From an uncultured Candidatus Saccharibacteria bacterium (lineage in GTDB: Bacteria > Patescibacteriota > Minisyncoccia > Phycocordibacterales > DATDWN01), in NCBI GenBank assembly GCA_964576615.1, contig CAZNUU010000004.1, positions 4,663 to 68,662 on the forward strand: a stretch of 64,000 nt of DNA, in the 5' to 3' direction. This document shows positions 27,359 to 34,533 of the stretch, piece by piece. Under the pieces are notes generated by a model. The model saw nothing but the letters and a program-made list of their open reading frames with translations, was not told the origin of the DNA and searched no databases. A program made the translations under genes and the position numbers. Every line of letters begins with the position of its first letter. Within the stretch, counting starts at the first letter, position 1.

Positions 27359-27458
27359 GACATTTAGAAATAAAAGAGTACTATGTGAACAAGCCCTTCG
27401 GGGGTTTTTTATTACCAACGCAGCGCGAAAGAAATGAAAGTAATCTTACTTTCATTTC
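27357..27458 (+). promoter_or_regulatory. secE-nusG promoter and structured leader.
   Basis: The promoter is TTGACA at 27357-27362, a 16-nt spacer, then TACTAT at 27379-27384. It is followed by the hairpin aagccc-ttcg-gggg plus T6. A perfect 12-bp hairpin gaaatgaaagta-atct-tactttcatttc follows at 27431-27458. Confidence 0.4.
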
Positions 27459-27480
27459 CGAGCCAAGACAGGTAATATGG

Positions 27481-27687
27481 ATGTTAAAGATAATAACAGA
27501 GACTATTATGTCACTAATTACATATCTAAAGGATACTCAAGGAGAATTGAAACATGTTTCCTGGCCAACTAGAAATCAGGCCATTGCATTTACAATTGTT
27601 GTCATAATCATTTCAATTTTTGTCTCTTTTTTCTTGGGGTTTTTTGACTATCTATTTAAGTTAATTTTGCAGAAGTTCGTTATATAA
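27481..27687 (+). CDS. secE: Preprotein translocase subunit SecE. The alternative start is at 27508.
   Basis: The C-terminal ELKHVSWPTRNQAIAFTIVVIIISIFVSFFLGFFD matches SecE. It lies directly upstream of nusG. Confidence 0.6.
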   Translation: MLKIITETIMSLITYLKDTQGELKHVSWPTRNQAIAFTIVVIIISIFVSFFLGFFDYLFKLILQKFVI

Positions 27688-27698
27688 ACTAGACAAAA

Positions 27699-28244
27699 AT
27701 GTCAAAGCAACAAGTTCGTAGCGAAAGAAACTGGTACGCAATCCACACTTATGCTGGATATGAAAACGCTGTGATGCGAAATCTAAAACAGCGTATAGAA
27801 TCCCTTGGCATGGAGGATAAAATTTTTGATGTGATTGTTCCAACCGAAAGAAAGATAAAAATAAAAGCCGGCAAGCGTGTAGAAGAGGAAGAGAAAATTT
27901 ATCCTGGTTATATTCTTGTGGACATGATTGTAACCGAGGATTCTTGGTATGTGGTTAGAAACACTCCGCGCGTAACTGGCTTCGTGGGCTCTGGGGTTTA
28001 CCCTGTGCCTATAGATAAAAAAGAAATTGATGAACTTTTCTCCCGCATGAATGCCCAGGATGTTAAGCATAAAATTGATCTGTCCCAAAACGATGCTGTG
28101 CGAATAGTGGACGGTCCATTTAAAGATCTTGAAGGAAAAGTAAGCGAAGTGGACGAGGAAAGGGGTAAGGTGAAGGTTTTAGTTGCAATGTTCGGGCGAG
28201 AAACGCCGGTGGAACTGGACTTCCTTCAAGTAAAGAAAATTTAG
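27699..28244 (+). CDS. nusG: Transcription termination/antitermination factor NusG.
   Basis: The NGN domain (WYAIHTYAGYENAV) and the KOW domain (VRIVDGPFKDLEGKV) are present. Confidence 0.9.
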   Translation: MSKQQVRSERNWYAIHTYAGYENAVMRNLKQRIESLGMEDKIFDVIVPTERKIKIKAGKRVEEEEKIYPGYILVDMIVTEDSWYVVRNTPRVTGFVGSGVYPVPIDKKEIDELFSRMNAQDVKHKIDLSQNDAVRIVDGPFKDLEGKVSEVDEERGKVKVLVAMFGRETPVELDFLQVKKI

Positions 28245-28422
28245 AAAATTAAGGAGTGAAACGACTATAATTTACTTAACCCAAGCACCACTTTATTGAT
28301 TTAAAAAAAGAAGTATGATAACTTTCAAGAGCGAAATTATATCGAGAAATGGCACTTACTTGGTGTATAAAGTGGTGCTGGGTAATGATTTTTATAGTCA
28401 CTACGCTCGTTAAAAATCAACC
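28245..28422 (+). promoter_or_regulatory. Structured leader element, copy 1. It has conserved 5' and 3' modules, a covarying long stem and a possible 32-codon uORF. It ends 9 nt upstream of the rplK ATG.
   Basis: The 5' module aaaattaaggagtgaaacgactataatttacttaaccca lies at 28245-28283. The stem arms cccaagcaccacttta at 28280-28296 and aaagtggtgctgggt at 28369-28383 pair. The 3' module tgatttttatagtcactacgctcgttaaaaatcaacc follows. The uORF runs 28315-28413. Confidence 0.55.
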
Positions 28423-28848
28423 ATGGCAAAGAAAGTAGTTAAAAAATTAAGACTTATTCTCACTGCAGGTAAGGCAACTCCTGCTCCTCCAGCTGGCCCT
28501 ATTTTAGGTCAGGCCGGGGTTAATATTGGAGAATTTGTTAAGCAGTTTAATGATGCATCTGCAAAAATGGCAGGGGATTTAACACCTGTTTCTGTTTCTG
28601 TTTACGACGATAGGTCTTTTACTTTCAAACTAAAAACTCCTCCAGCTTCCAATCTAATTTTAAAAGCTGCAAACAAAGATAAAGGTTCCGGTAAAAATAC
28701 AGTTTCAAAGGCAGGTAGTATTACCAAAGCCCAACTAAAAGCAATTGCGGAAAAGAAAATGCCAGACTTGAGTGCGAACGATATTGAAGCCGCAATGAAA
28801 ATTATTGCAGGTAGTGCTCGTTCGATGGGGATTGAGGTTAAGGGATAA
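28423..28848 (+). CDS. rplK: 50S ribosomal protein L11.
   Basis: [35 protein letters not shown] matches L11. Confidence 0.9.
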   Translation: MAKKVVKKLRLILTAGKATPAPPAGPILGQAGVNIGEFVKQFNDASAKMAGDLTPVSVSVYDDRSFTFKLKTPPASNLILKAANKDKGSGKNTVSKAGSITKAQLKAIAEKKMPDLSANDIEAAMKIIAGSARSMGIEVKG

Positions 28849-28865
28849 TACCGAAAAACCTAAAT

Positions 28866-28895
28866 GAAAAAAGACACTTATGTAAAGTGTCTTTT
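28866..28895 (+). terminator. Hairpin followed by a T-run, after rplK.
   Basis: aagacactt-atgtaa-agtgtctt, followed by ttttct. Confidence 0.55.
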
Positions 28896-28954
28896 TTCTT
28901 GTTTTCGTGATAGTACAAGGTCAGACGTTAACAGTTTTTTGAAAGGAAGAAACG

Positions 28955-29584
28955 ATGTCAGCCAAGAACATTCTGTCCAATGGGATTTGTTTGTCGGACC
29001 GATACATTCCGAACTACGACAAACTCCAAGAAGTACTGAGGGTGATGCGTTCTCTGGGACACACAATTTCGATGACCCAGGGCGTTTACGACCTCATCCA
29101 CCCCGGGCACACCCGGTATCTCGAGAAGGCGAAATCCTTCGGGGATATCTTGGTCGTGGCTGTGGATACGGATGAGTACACCCGACTGCGCAAGCAGAGG
29201 GAAAATGAGCGTCGGCCAGTTGTGCCGTTCGAAGAGAGGCTGGAACTTCTAGCCAACCTGCGCACAGTCGACATACTGACTGTGCGGGACGTAACGGAAC
29301 ACGAGAAGGATCCGACACACGTAATAAAGATCGTACAACCGGATGTTCTCGTCATGTCGCGATCAACGAAGGATGTGGGGAAAGATTGGTACGACGAGCT
29401 TCGCAAACTCTGCGGACGTCTCGAGGTACTCGAGCCGCAGTCAACGGGCTCAACAACCAAACAACTTCGTGATCTCATGATGGACGGGGCTTCTGGACTT
29501 GTCGATCACCTCCGTGAGACGATCGACAATTACTTCAGGGCGGCCGGCCGAGAGGTGACGTTTGGTAAAAGGAGGGATGGATGA
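28955..29584 (+). CDS. Cytidylyltransferase-like (HxGH) nucleotidyltransferase. It is GC-rich.
   Basis: GVYDLIHPGHTRYL ... ILVVAVDTDEYTRLRK ... RPVVPFEERLELLANLRTVD matches the TagD / RfaE-domain-II style nucleotidyltransferase fold. It is the first gene of a GC-rich island. Confidence 0.55.
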   Translation: MSAKNILSNGICLSDRYIPNYDKLQEVLRVMRSLGHTISMTQGVYDLIHPGHTRYLEKAKSFGDILVVAVDTDEYTRLRKQRENERRPVVPFEERLELLANLRTVDILTVRDVTEHEKDPTHVIKIVQPDVLVMSRSTKDVGKDWYDELRKLCGRLEVLEPQSTGSTTKQLRDLMMDGASGLVDHLRETIDNYFRAAGREVTFGKRRDG

Positions 29585-30441
29585 GGGCATTACTCGCCTA
29601 CGTTCCTGTCTTGAACCAACGTCACGTTGATTGGTTCAAGAGACATGAGGAGAGTCCGCTCTACCTCATACCGCAAGAGATGGCGGTGGGTTTCTTACCG
29701 CGACTCTCTCGAAATATTGCGGCTGTTTCTCCCGAGACGACCGCAACATCGATCAGATTCAACGGGTTGATACGAGAGGTGGCAATATTCAATCCCGAAA
29801 ACTGGGATCCGCGTTTGGCAAAAGACAGTGGGTGGAAAGATTGGGTTTTGCCAGACGAGGATATCTCACACGAAGTAGCTGAGAGGTACCTCAAACCGAT
29901 CGGAGCTTCGTGCCTCTTCGAAGAAATCTGGGCACGTTGGGATATGACCGCTGTACAAAAAATGCAGCCGGTCATTCCAGATGTGATAGTCAGCGAGTCC
30001 GAATTTGACCAAGTTCGGATGAGGTTAGCTGAGTGCCGAAAGACAGACAGCCCGGATTGGTGGCGGCAGATTGGTGCGGTATTGTTTGATGCGGGAGGTG
30101 AACCGATTTCATCTGCCTGCAACTTACACATGCCGAACGAATACGAGACGTATATCTTCGGAGATCCACGTCTCAATGTTGATGCCGGTCAGATCGGCAA
30201 GTACACCTCGCTTCACGCCGAGAAGGCTGTCATTGTTTTGGCGGCCAGGCTGGGTCGTCCGACGAACGGCGGATCGATGTATGTCACAGTTTTTCCTTGC
30301 GAGGACTGTGCCAGAGAGATCGCGTTCGCCGGGATTTCCAAAGTGTTCTTTCGTGAAGGGTACTCTGCTCTCAATGCTCGAGAAGTCTTTCGATCATGGG
30401 GAGTGGAAGTGGTCCAAGTCAAAGGCCCCGAGTCCGCGTAA
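29581..30441 (+). CDS. Two-domain protein. The N-terminal domain (~180 aa) is unknown. The C-terminal domain is a CMP/dCMP deaminase zinc-binding domain. It is GC-rich.
   Basis: The C-terminal SLHAEKAVIVLAARLG ... VFPCEDCAREIAFAGI gives the HAE...PCxxC deaminase signature. It overlaps the previous gene in an ATGA arrangement. Confidence 0.55.
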   Translation: MRALLAYVPVLNQRHVDWFKRHEESPLYLIPQEMAVGFLPRLSRNIAAVSPETTATSIRFNGLIREVAIFNPENWDPRLAKDSGWKDWVLPDEDISHEVAERYLKPIGASCLFEEIWARWDMTAVQKMQPVIPDVIVSESEFDQVRMRLAECRKTDSPDWWRQIGAVLFDAGGEPISSACNLHMPNEYETYIFGDPRLNVDAGQIGKYTSLHAEKAVIVLAARLGRPTNGGSMYVTVFPCEDCAREIAFAGISKVFFREGYSALNAREVFRSWGVEVVQVKGPESA

Positions 30442-30457
30442 GCGGCCGGGGCCTTGT

Positions 30458-30913
30458 CTATTTCTTCCAGCCGAGAGTCACCAGAAGACGGTTTTCGGCA
30501 GTCATGTCTTCTGTTTTTTTCTCGCCAACAAGAAAATGAAAGTGCAAGTGGTCTAGAGTGGCGCCTGTATACTCCATGTCCCCTGACCTTGCAAACATAG
30601 AGTACCCAGTTACTCCGAGATGGTCCTCGAGCCAAGCGAGAAGTTCAAAAAGTTCCACTATCTCTCTCGTGTCTAGCTCGCTAGCTCTCTTCATGTGCCT
30701 CTTTGGCACGAGCAAGTAATGGTGAACACTCCCCAGGTAGGGGAAGTTGTTGGGACAGACGTACCACCACTCCGTTTCATGGATAGTGGTCGGGAGTGTC
30801 TGCTCTTCTTCCGATCCACCTCGACAGAAGTAGCAGATACCAGCGTCAATCAATTTCTGCATTCTTCTTCTTTGTTCTGGATCACGCGAGTTACTCATAT
30901 TCACTTGAGACAT
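30458..30913 (-). CDS. HIT (histidine triad) family protein. It is GC-rich.
   Basis: The histidine triad LDHLHFHFLVG is present. A CYFC zinc-binding-like motif lies near the N-terminus. Confidence 0.65.
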   Translation of the reverse strand: MSQVNMSNSRDPEQRRRMQKLIDAGICYFCRGGSEEEQTLPTTIHETEWWYVCPNNFPYLGSVHHYLLVPKRHMKRASELDTREIVELFELLAWLEDHLGVTGYSMFARSGDMEYTGATLDHLHFHFLVGEKKTEDMTAENRLLVTLGWKK

Positions 30914-30998
30914 GCGTTATACCTCTTTCGGATTTCTAACATTTTAAATATAAAAAGCAAGTCGCCCCAGAATTTTGGGGCGACTCAGTGCAGAAGGA

Positions 30999-31908
30999 CT
31001 AGACCGTGACCGGGATGTCGTTCATCACTTCTCCCGGGTGATACTCACGCAGCTCGAAGTGATTGGGTCGAAAATCGAACAGGTCACTGACCCTCTCTCC
31101 TTCTTCGGTGAGATACATCGTCGGAAACTGTCGTGTCTCTCGCTCCACAATTTTCTTTGCAGCTTCCATCTGGTCTTCGTAGATGTGGCTGTTGTGGGTT
31201 GAGTGAACAAACAGGTGCGGCTCGTAACCAAGCACATGTCCGAGCATCATGGTGAGCGCTGCGTACTGGATGGTGTTCGACGGTACGCCGATGGGGAAAT
31301 CGGCAGACCTTTGATCCATACGCAAGCTGAGTCGCTTGTTCATCACGGTGATTTCAATGTCACCGTGACATGGTGCGACGACAACTTTCCTCTTACGGCC
31401 TAAGTGTTGGATCGCGTAGTGTGGAATCCAGGAGGTGATCTTGTGAGTGATCACATCGGGGTAGTCACGAATCTGCTCGATCACTTCTCGGAACTGATTA
31501 AAGGTCCCGCCGTCGGGTGTCGTGTACTGGAACGCGCCGCCATACGAACCCGGACCCATATCGTACGGCTCAAGGTCGAAGTCGGCACATTTCTCTGGTG
31601 TGGCCCATTTCTCCATCCACCAGTTGACTCCCCACTTCTCAGCGAGTTCACGTGCGTCGCGGACACCGTGAATGAAACCGAGAAGCTCGCCGATCGGTTT
31701 TCGCCAGAAGCCCACCTTTCGTTCGGTGAGTACTGGGAAGCCGTTCGAGAGGATGTAACTCATCGGTGCGAGGTCGAGGACAACGTAACGCCCGGTCCTC
31801 TGGAATGGATTCTTGGCGTACTCGCCGCTTGCCAGAATCTGTGCCAGGAAATTCTTGTACTGCGTATCCGGCGTACGAAGGCTATACGGTCGATAATTCG
31901 GATGCATG
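30999..31908 (-). CDS. thyA: Thymidylate synthase (ThyA family). It is GC-rich.
   Basis: The catalytic VVAPCHGDIEI (PCH motif) is present. QRSADFPIGVPSNTIQYAALT retains the Asn equivalent of E. coli N177, indicating dUMP specificity. The start was chosen at the Met preceded by AAAGGA (MHPNYR). Confidence 0.7.
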
Positions 31909-31964
31909 CTAGTCCTTTCAAAAAAGCAGATCTTTTGTGATACTAGCATCTAACTTTTTTAAGT

Positions 31965-31996
31965 CAAAGGAAGAGCCGCACCCACTGGTGCGGCCC
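31965..31996. terminator. GC-rich hairpin between folA and thyA. It shares its stem sequence with the hairpin at 23495-23525.
   Basis: agagccgcacc-cactg-gtgcggccc. Confidence 0.45.
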
Positions 31997-31999
31997 AAG

Positions 32000-32491
32000 T
32001 TATCGTCGGTACTCGACGACATTGAACGAGAATTCGTTCTCTTTGTCAGCATCATGTCGAAAGAGGGAGGAGCCGACGTATTCCCTGGGAATTTCTGGGA
32101 AAAATGTGTCACCTCCCTCGATCTCAGTTTCAACGTGGGTTACGACAAGTCGTTCCACGGCAGAAAGGAAGAGTGAGTAAATCTCTCTTCCACCCATCAC
32201 GAAGACTTCGCGTGTTCTTGAGAGTCTTTGAATCTCAGCGAGATGCAGACCCAACATGGTGTGGCAGCCTGCGGCCCTAAATGTCGGGTCGTTGGTCAGG
32301 ACGATGTTCTCTCTACCAGGTAGGGGTTTGTACGCCGCTGGGATTGACTTGTAGGTTTTTCTGCCCATGACAACCACATGACCCATGGTCGTGTTCTTGA
32401 AGTGATCCATGTCTGCCTTGAGGTGCCAAGGGATGTTGTCTTTCTTGCCAATCACACGATTGGCATCCATTGCCACGATAATACTGAGCAT
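32000..32491 (-). CDS. folA: Dihydrofolate reductase. It is GC-rich.
   Basis: The N-terminus MLSIIVAMDANRVIGKKDNIPWHLKADMDHFKNTTMGHVVVMGRKTY matches DHFR. AAGGAG lies 7 nt upstream of the chosen ATG (complement 32489-32491). Confidence 0.8.
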   Translation of the reverse strand: MLSIIVAMDANRVIGKKDNIPWHLKADMDHFKNTTMGHVVVMGRKTYKSIPAAYKPLPGRENIVLTNDPTFRAAGCHTMLGLHLAEIQRLSRTREVFVMGGREIYSLFLSAVERLVVTHVETEIEGGDTFFPEIPREYVGSSLFRHDADKENEFSFNVVEYRR

Positions 32492-32549
32492 GAGAGACTC
32501 CTTTTCTATCGCGATACTACTCTTTATAAAGGCTAGGGTCAATGTTAAG

Positions 32550-34235
32550 ATGAAAGAAATGAAAGATCTCTTAGGATCAGTAATTTTAGAAGAGTTGAAG
32601 GCTCGTGGTGTTGAAAATGCGATAGTGAATTTCGATTACCCAACTCACATGGAAATGGGCGATTTGTCTACTAATGTGGCCATGGTTTCTGCGGGGAAAT
32701 TGAAAACCAGCCCCATCGATTTAGCAAATGAGATAAAAGAGGCAATTCAAATTAAAGGAGTTAAACATATCAAAAGAGTTGATGTGATTAAACCAGGTTT
32801 TATCAATTTTTTCTTTGATGAACATTATTTCGCGAAAAATGTAGATGAGATTTTGAATAAAAAAGAGGAATTTGGGAAAAATAACAGATTTGGTGGAGAG
32901 AAGGTAACTATCGAATATACCGATCCGAATATTTTCAAAGAATTTCATATTGGACACCTAATGCCAAATGTTGTGGGGGAGTCTCTCTCTAGAATAATTG
33001 AAAATAGTGGGGCAAAAGTTAAGAGGGTAAATTATCAAAGTGACATTGGGCTTAATGTTGCAAAGGCGGTCTGGGCAGCCCAGAAAGGGATAAAAGTGGA
33101 AGAAGCCTATGCCTATGGTCATAAAGAGTATGAGGAAAATGAAGAAGCTAAAGGAGAAATTATAGAAATAAACAAAAAGATTTACGAAAAAAGTGATAGT
33201 GAGATAAATAAAATTTACGAAAAAGGGAGAAAGGAGTCACTCAATTATTTCGAGAAGATCTATAAATTGCTTGGTACAAAATTTGATCATTATTTCTTTG
33301 AAAGCGAAGTAGCGGAGTTTGGTAAAGAAACGGTGGAAAAAAATATTGGTAAGGTATTTGAAAAATCCGAAGGTGCCGTTGTCTTCAAAGGTGAAAAATT
33401 CGATAAATCACTTCATACTAGAGTTTTTATCAATAAAGAGAATTTGCCAACTTACGAAGCAAAGGAACTTGGCTTAGCTAAAATAAAATATGATGTTTCG
33501 CCGTATGATTTATCAATAATTGTTACAGGTGACGAGATAAATGAATATTTTAGAGTTTTGATTAAAGCTATGTTATTAGTTTTCCCAGATTTAGCAGCGA
33601 AAACAAAACACATTTCCCACGGAATGCTAAAACTTTCGACTGGCAAGATGTCGTCGAGGACCGGTAATGTTATCACAGCCGAAAGTTTAATTGCTGAGGT
33701 TAAGGAGAAAGTCTTACATAAGATGAAGAACCCTTCTTTATCTGAATATTCAGAAAATTTAGTTAAGGGATTCTCCGAGAGTGAACTCAGTGATATTGCC
33801 GAAGTTGTTTCTATTGGGGCAATAAAATACTCCATCCTTCATCAAGCCATTGGAGGAGATATAATTTTTGATTTCGATAAATCGATTTCATTTGTCGGAG
33901 ACTCTGGTCCCTACCTCCAGTATTCAACTGTTAGAGCTAATTCGATATTAAGAAAATCAGAAGGGAAATCAGGGGAGATGCCGAGTGATTGGGAAACAAC
34001 AAATCTGGAGAGGTTTTTGGAGAGGTTCCCAGGTGTTGTGGAAAAAGCAGGGAAGGAATATGCATCACACTACATTGCGACGTACCTCATTAATTTAGCT
34101 GGAGAATTTAATTCTTTTTATTCTGGTGAAAAGATTTCTGGTTCACCTTATCGTCTGGCTTTAACTGAAGCTTTTATCCAAGTAATGAATTCTGGGCTTT
34201 ATTTACTAGGTATCAAAGTTCCAGAAAGAATGTAA
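32550..34235 (+). CDS. argS: Arginine--tRNA ligase.
   Basis: The HIGH-type motif HIGHLMPNVVGESL is present. The C-terminal DALR domain with SGPYLQYSTVRANSILRK is present. The start was placed at 32550, because the longer ORF would overlap folA. Confidence 0.8.
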   Translation: MKEMKDLLGSVILEELKARGVENAIVNFDYPTHMEMGDLSTNVAMVSAGKLKTSPIDLANEIKEAIQIKGVKHIKRVDVIKPGFINFFFDEHYFAKNVDEILNKKEEFGKNNRFGGEKVTIEYTDPNIFKEFHIGHLMPNVVGESLSRIIENSGAKVKRVNYQSDIGLNVAKAVWAAQKGIKVEEAYAYGHKEYEENEEAKGEIIEINKKIYEKSDSEINKIYEKGRKESLNYFEKIYKLLGTKFDHYFFESEVAEFGKETVEKNIGKVFEKSEGAVVFKGEKFDKSLHTRVFINKENLPTYEAKELGLAKIKYDVSPYDLSIIVTGDEINEYFRVLIKAMLLVFPDLAAKTKHISHGMLKLSTGKMSSRTGNVITAESLIAEVKEKVLHKMKNPSLSEYSENLVKGFSESELSDIAEVVSIGAIKYSILHQAIGGDIIFDFDKSISFVGDSGPYLQYSTVRANSILRKSEGKSGEMPSDWETTNLERFLERFPGVVEKAGKEYASHYIATYLINLAGEFNSFYSGEKISGSPYRLALTEAFIQVMNSGLYLLGIKVPERM

Positions 34236-34261
34236 ATGTGTTATATTGAGGCTATCTAGGA

Positions 34262-34460
34262 GCCTAATCACCTCCGATTAATCGGGAAGAAGTTCGTCTG
34301 ATTTACGAATGTAGAACCCGACGGGTAAGCCCGTTATAGCAGTAATGAGAAACCCTAAGCCTAAACAAGATTACTTGTCGGCCGGGTAAAGCAAGGTGGT
34401 ACCACGGTTCGAGTTATCTCACCGTCCTTGCACGGAGTTTCCGTGTAAGGAATTTTTTAT
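34262..34460 (+). promoter_or_regulatory. Candidate T-box riboswitch leader upstream of ileS.
   Basis: The T-box-like sequence aagcaAGGTGGTACCaCGG lies at 34389-34408. It is followed by the terminator hairpin ccttgcacgg-agttt-ccgtgtaagg and aatttttt at 34427-34458. The leader is short, so stem I is not fully resolved. Confidence 0.5.
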
Positions 34461-34533
34461 TACCTGTCCCGTACTAAATTTTTGATTAGGTAATAAAAAA
34501 TTCATATGAACTGTTTAAAATTTTAGTACTGGG

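Noticed and set aside
28864-31940. Many overlapping ORFs inside the GC-rich island: 28864-29175, 29086-29478, 29661-30176, 30071-30556, 30213-30635 and 31404-31940.
   Set aside because: They are alternative frames of the five real genes, which carry recognisable catalytic motifs.
32409-32549. A longer argS ORF starting at 32409.
   Set aside because: It would overlap the divergent folA on the opposite strand. The conserved ArgRS N-terminus begins at MKEMKD (32550).
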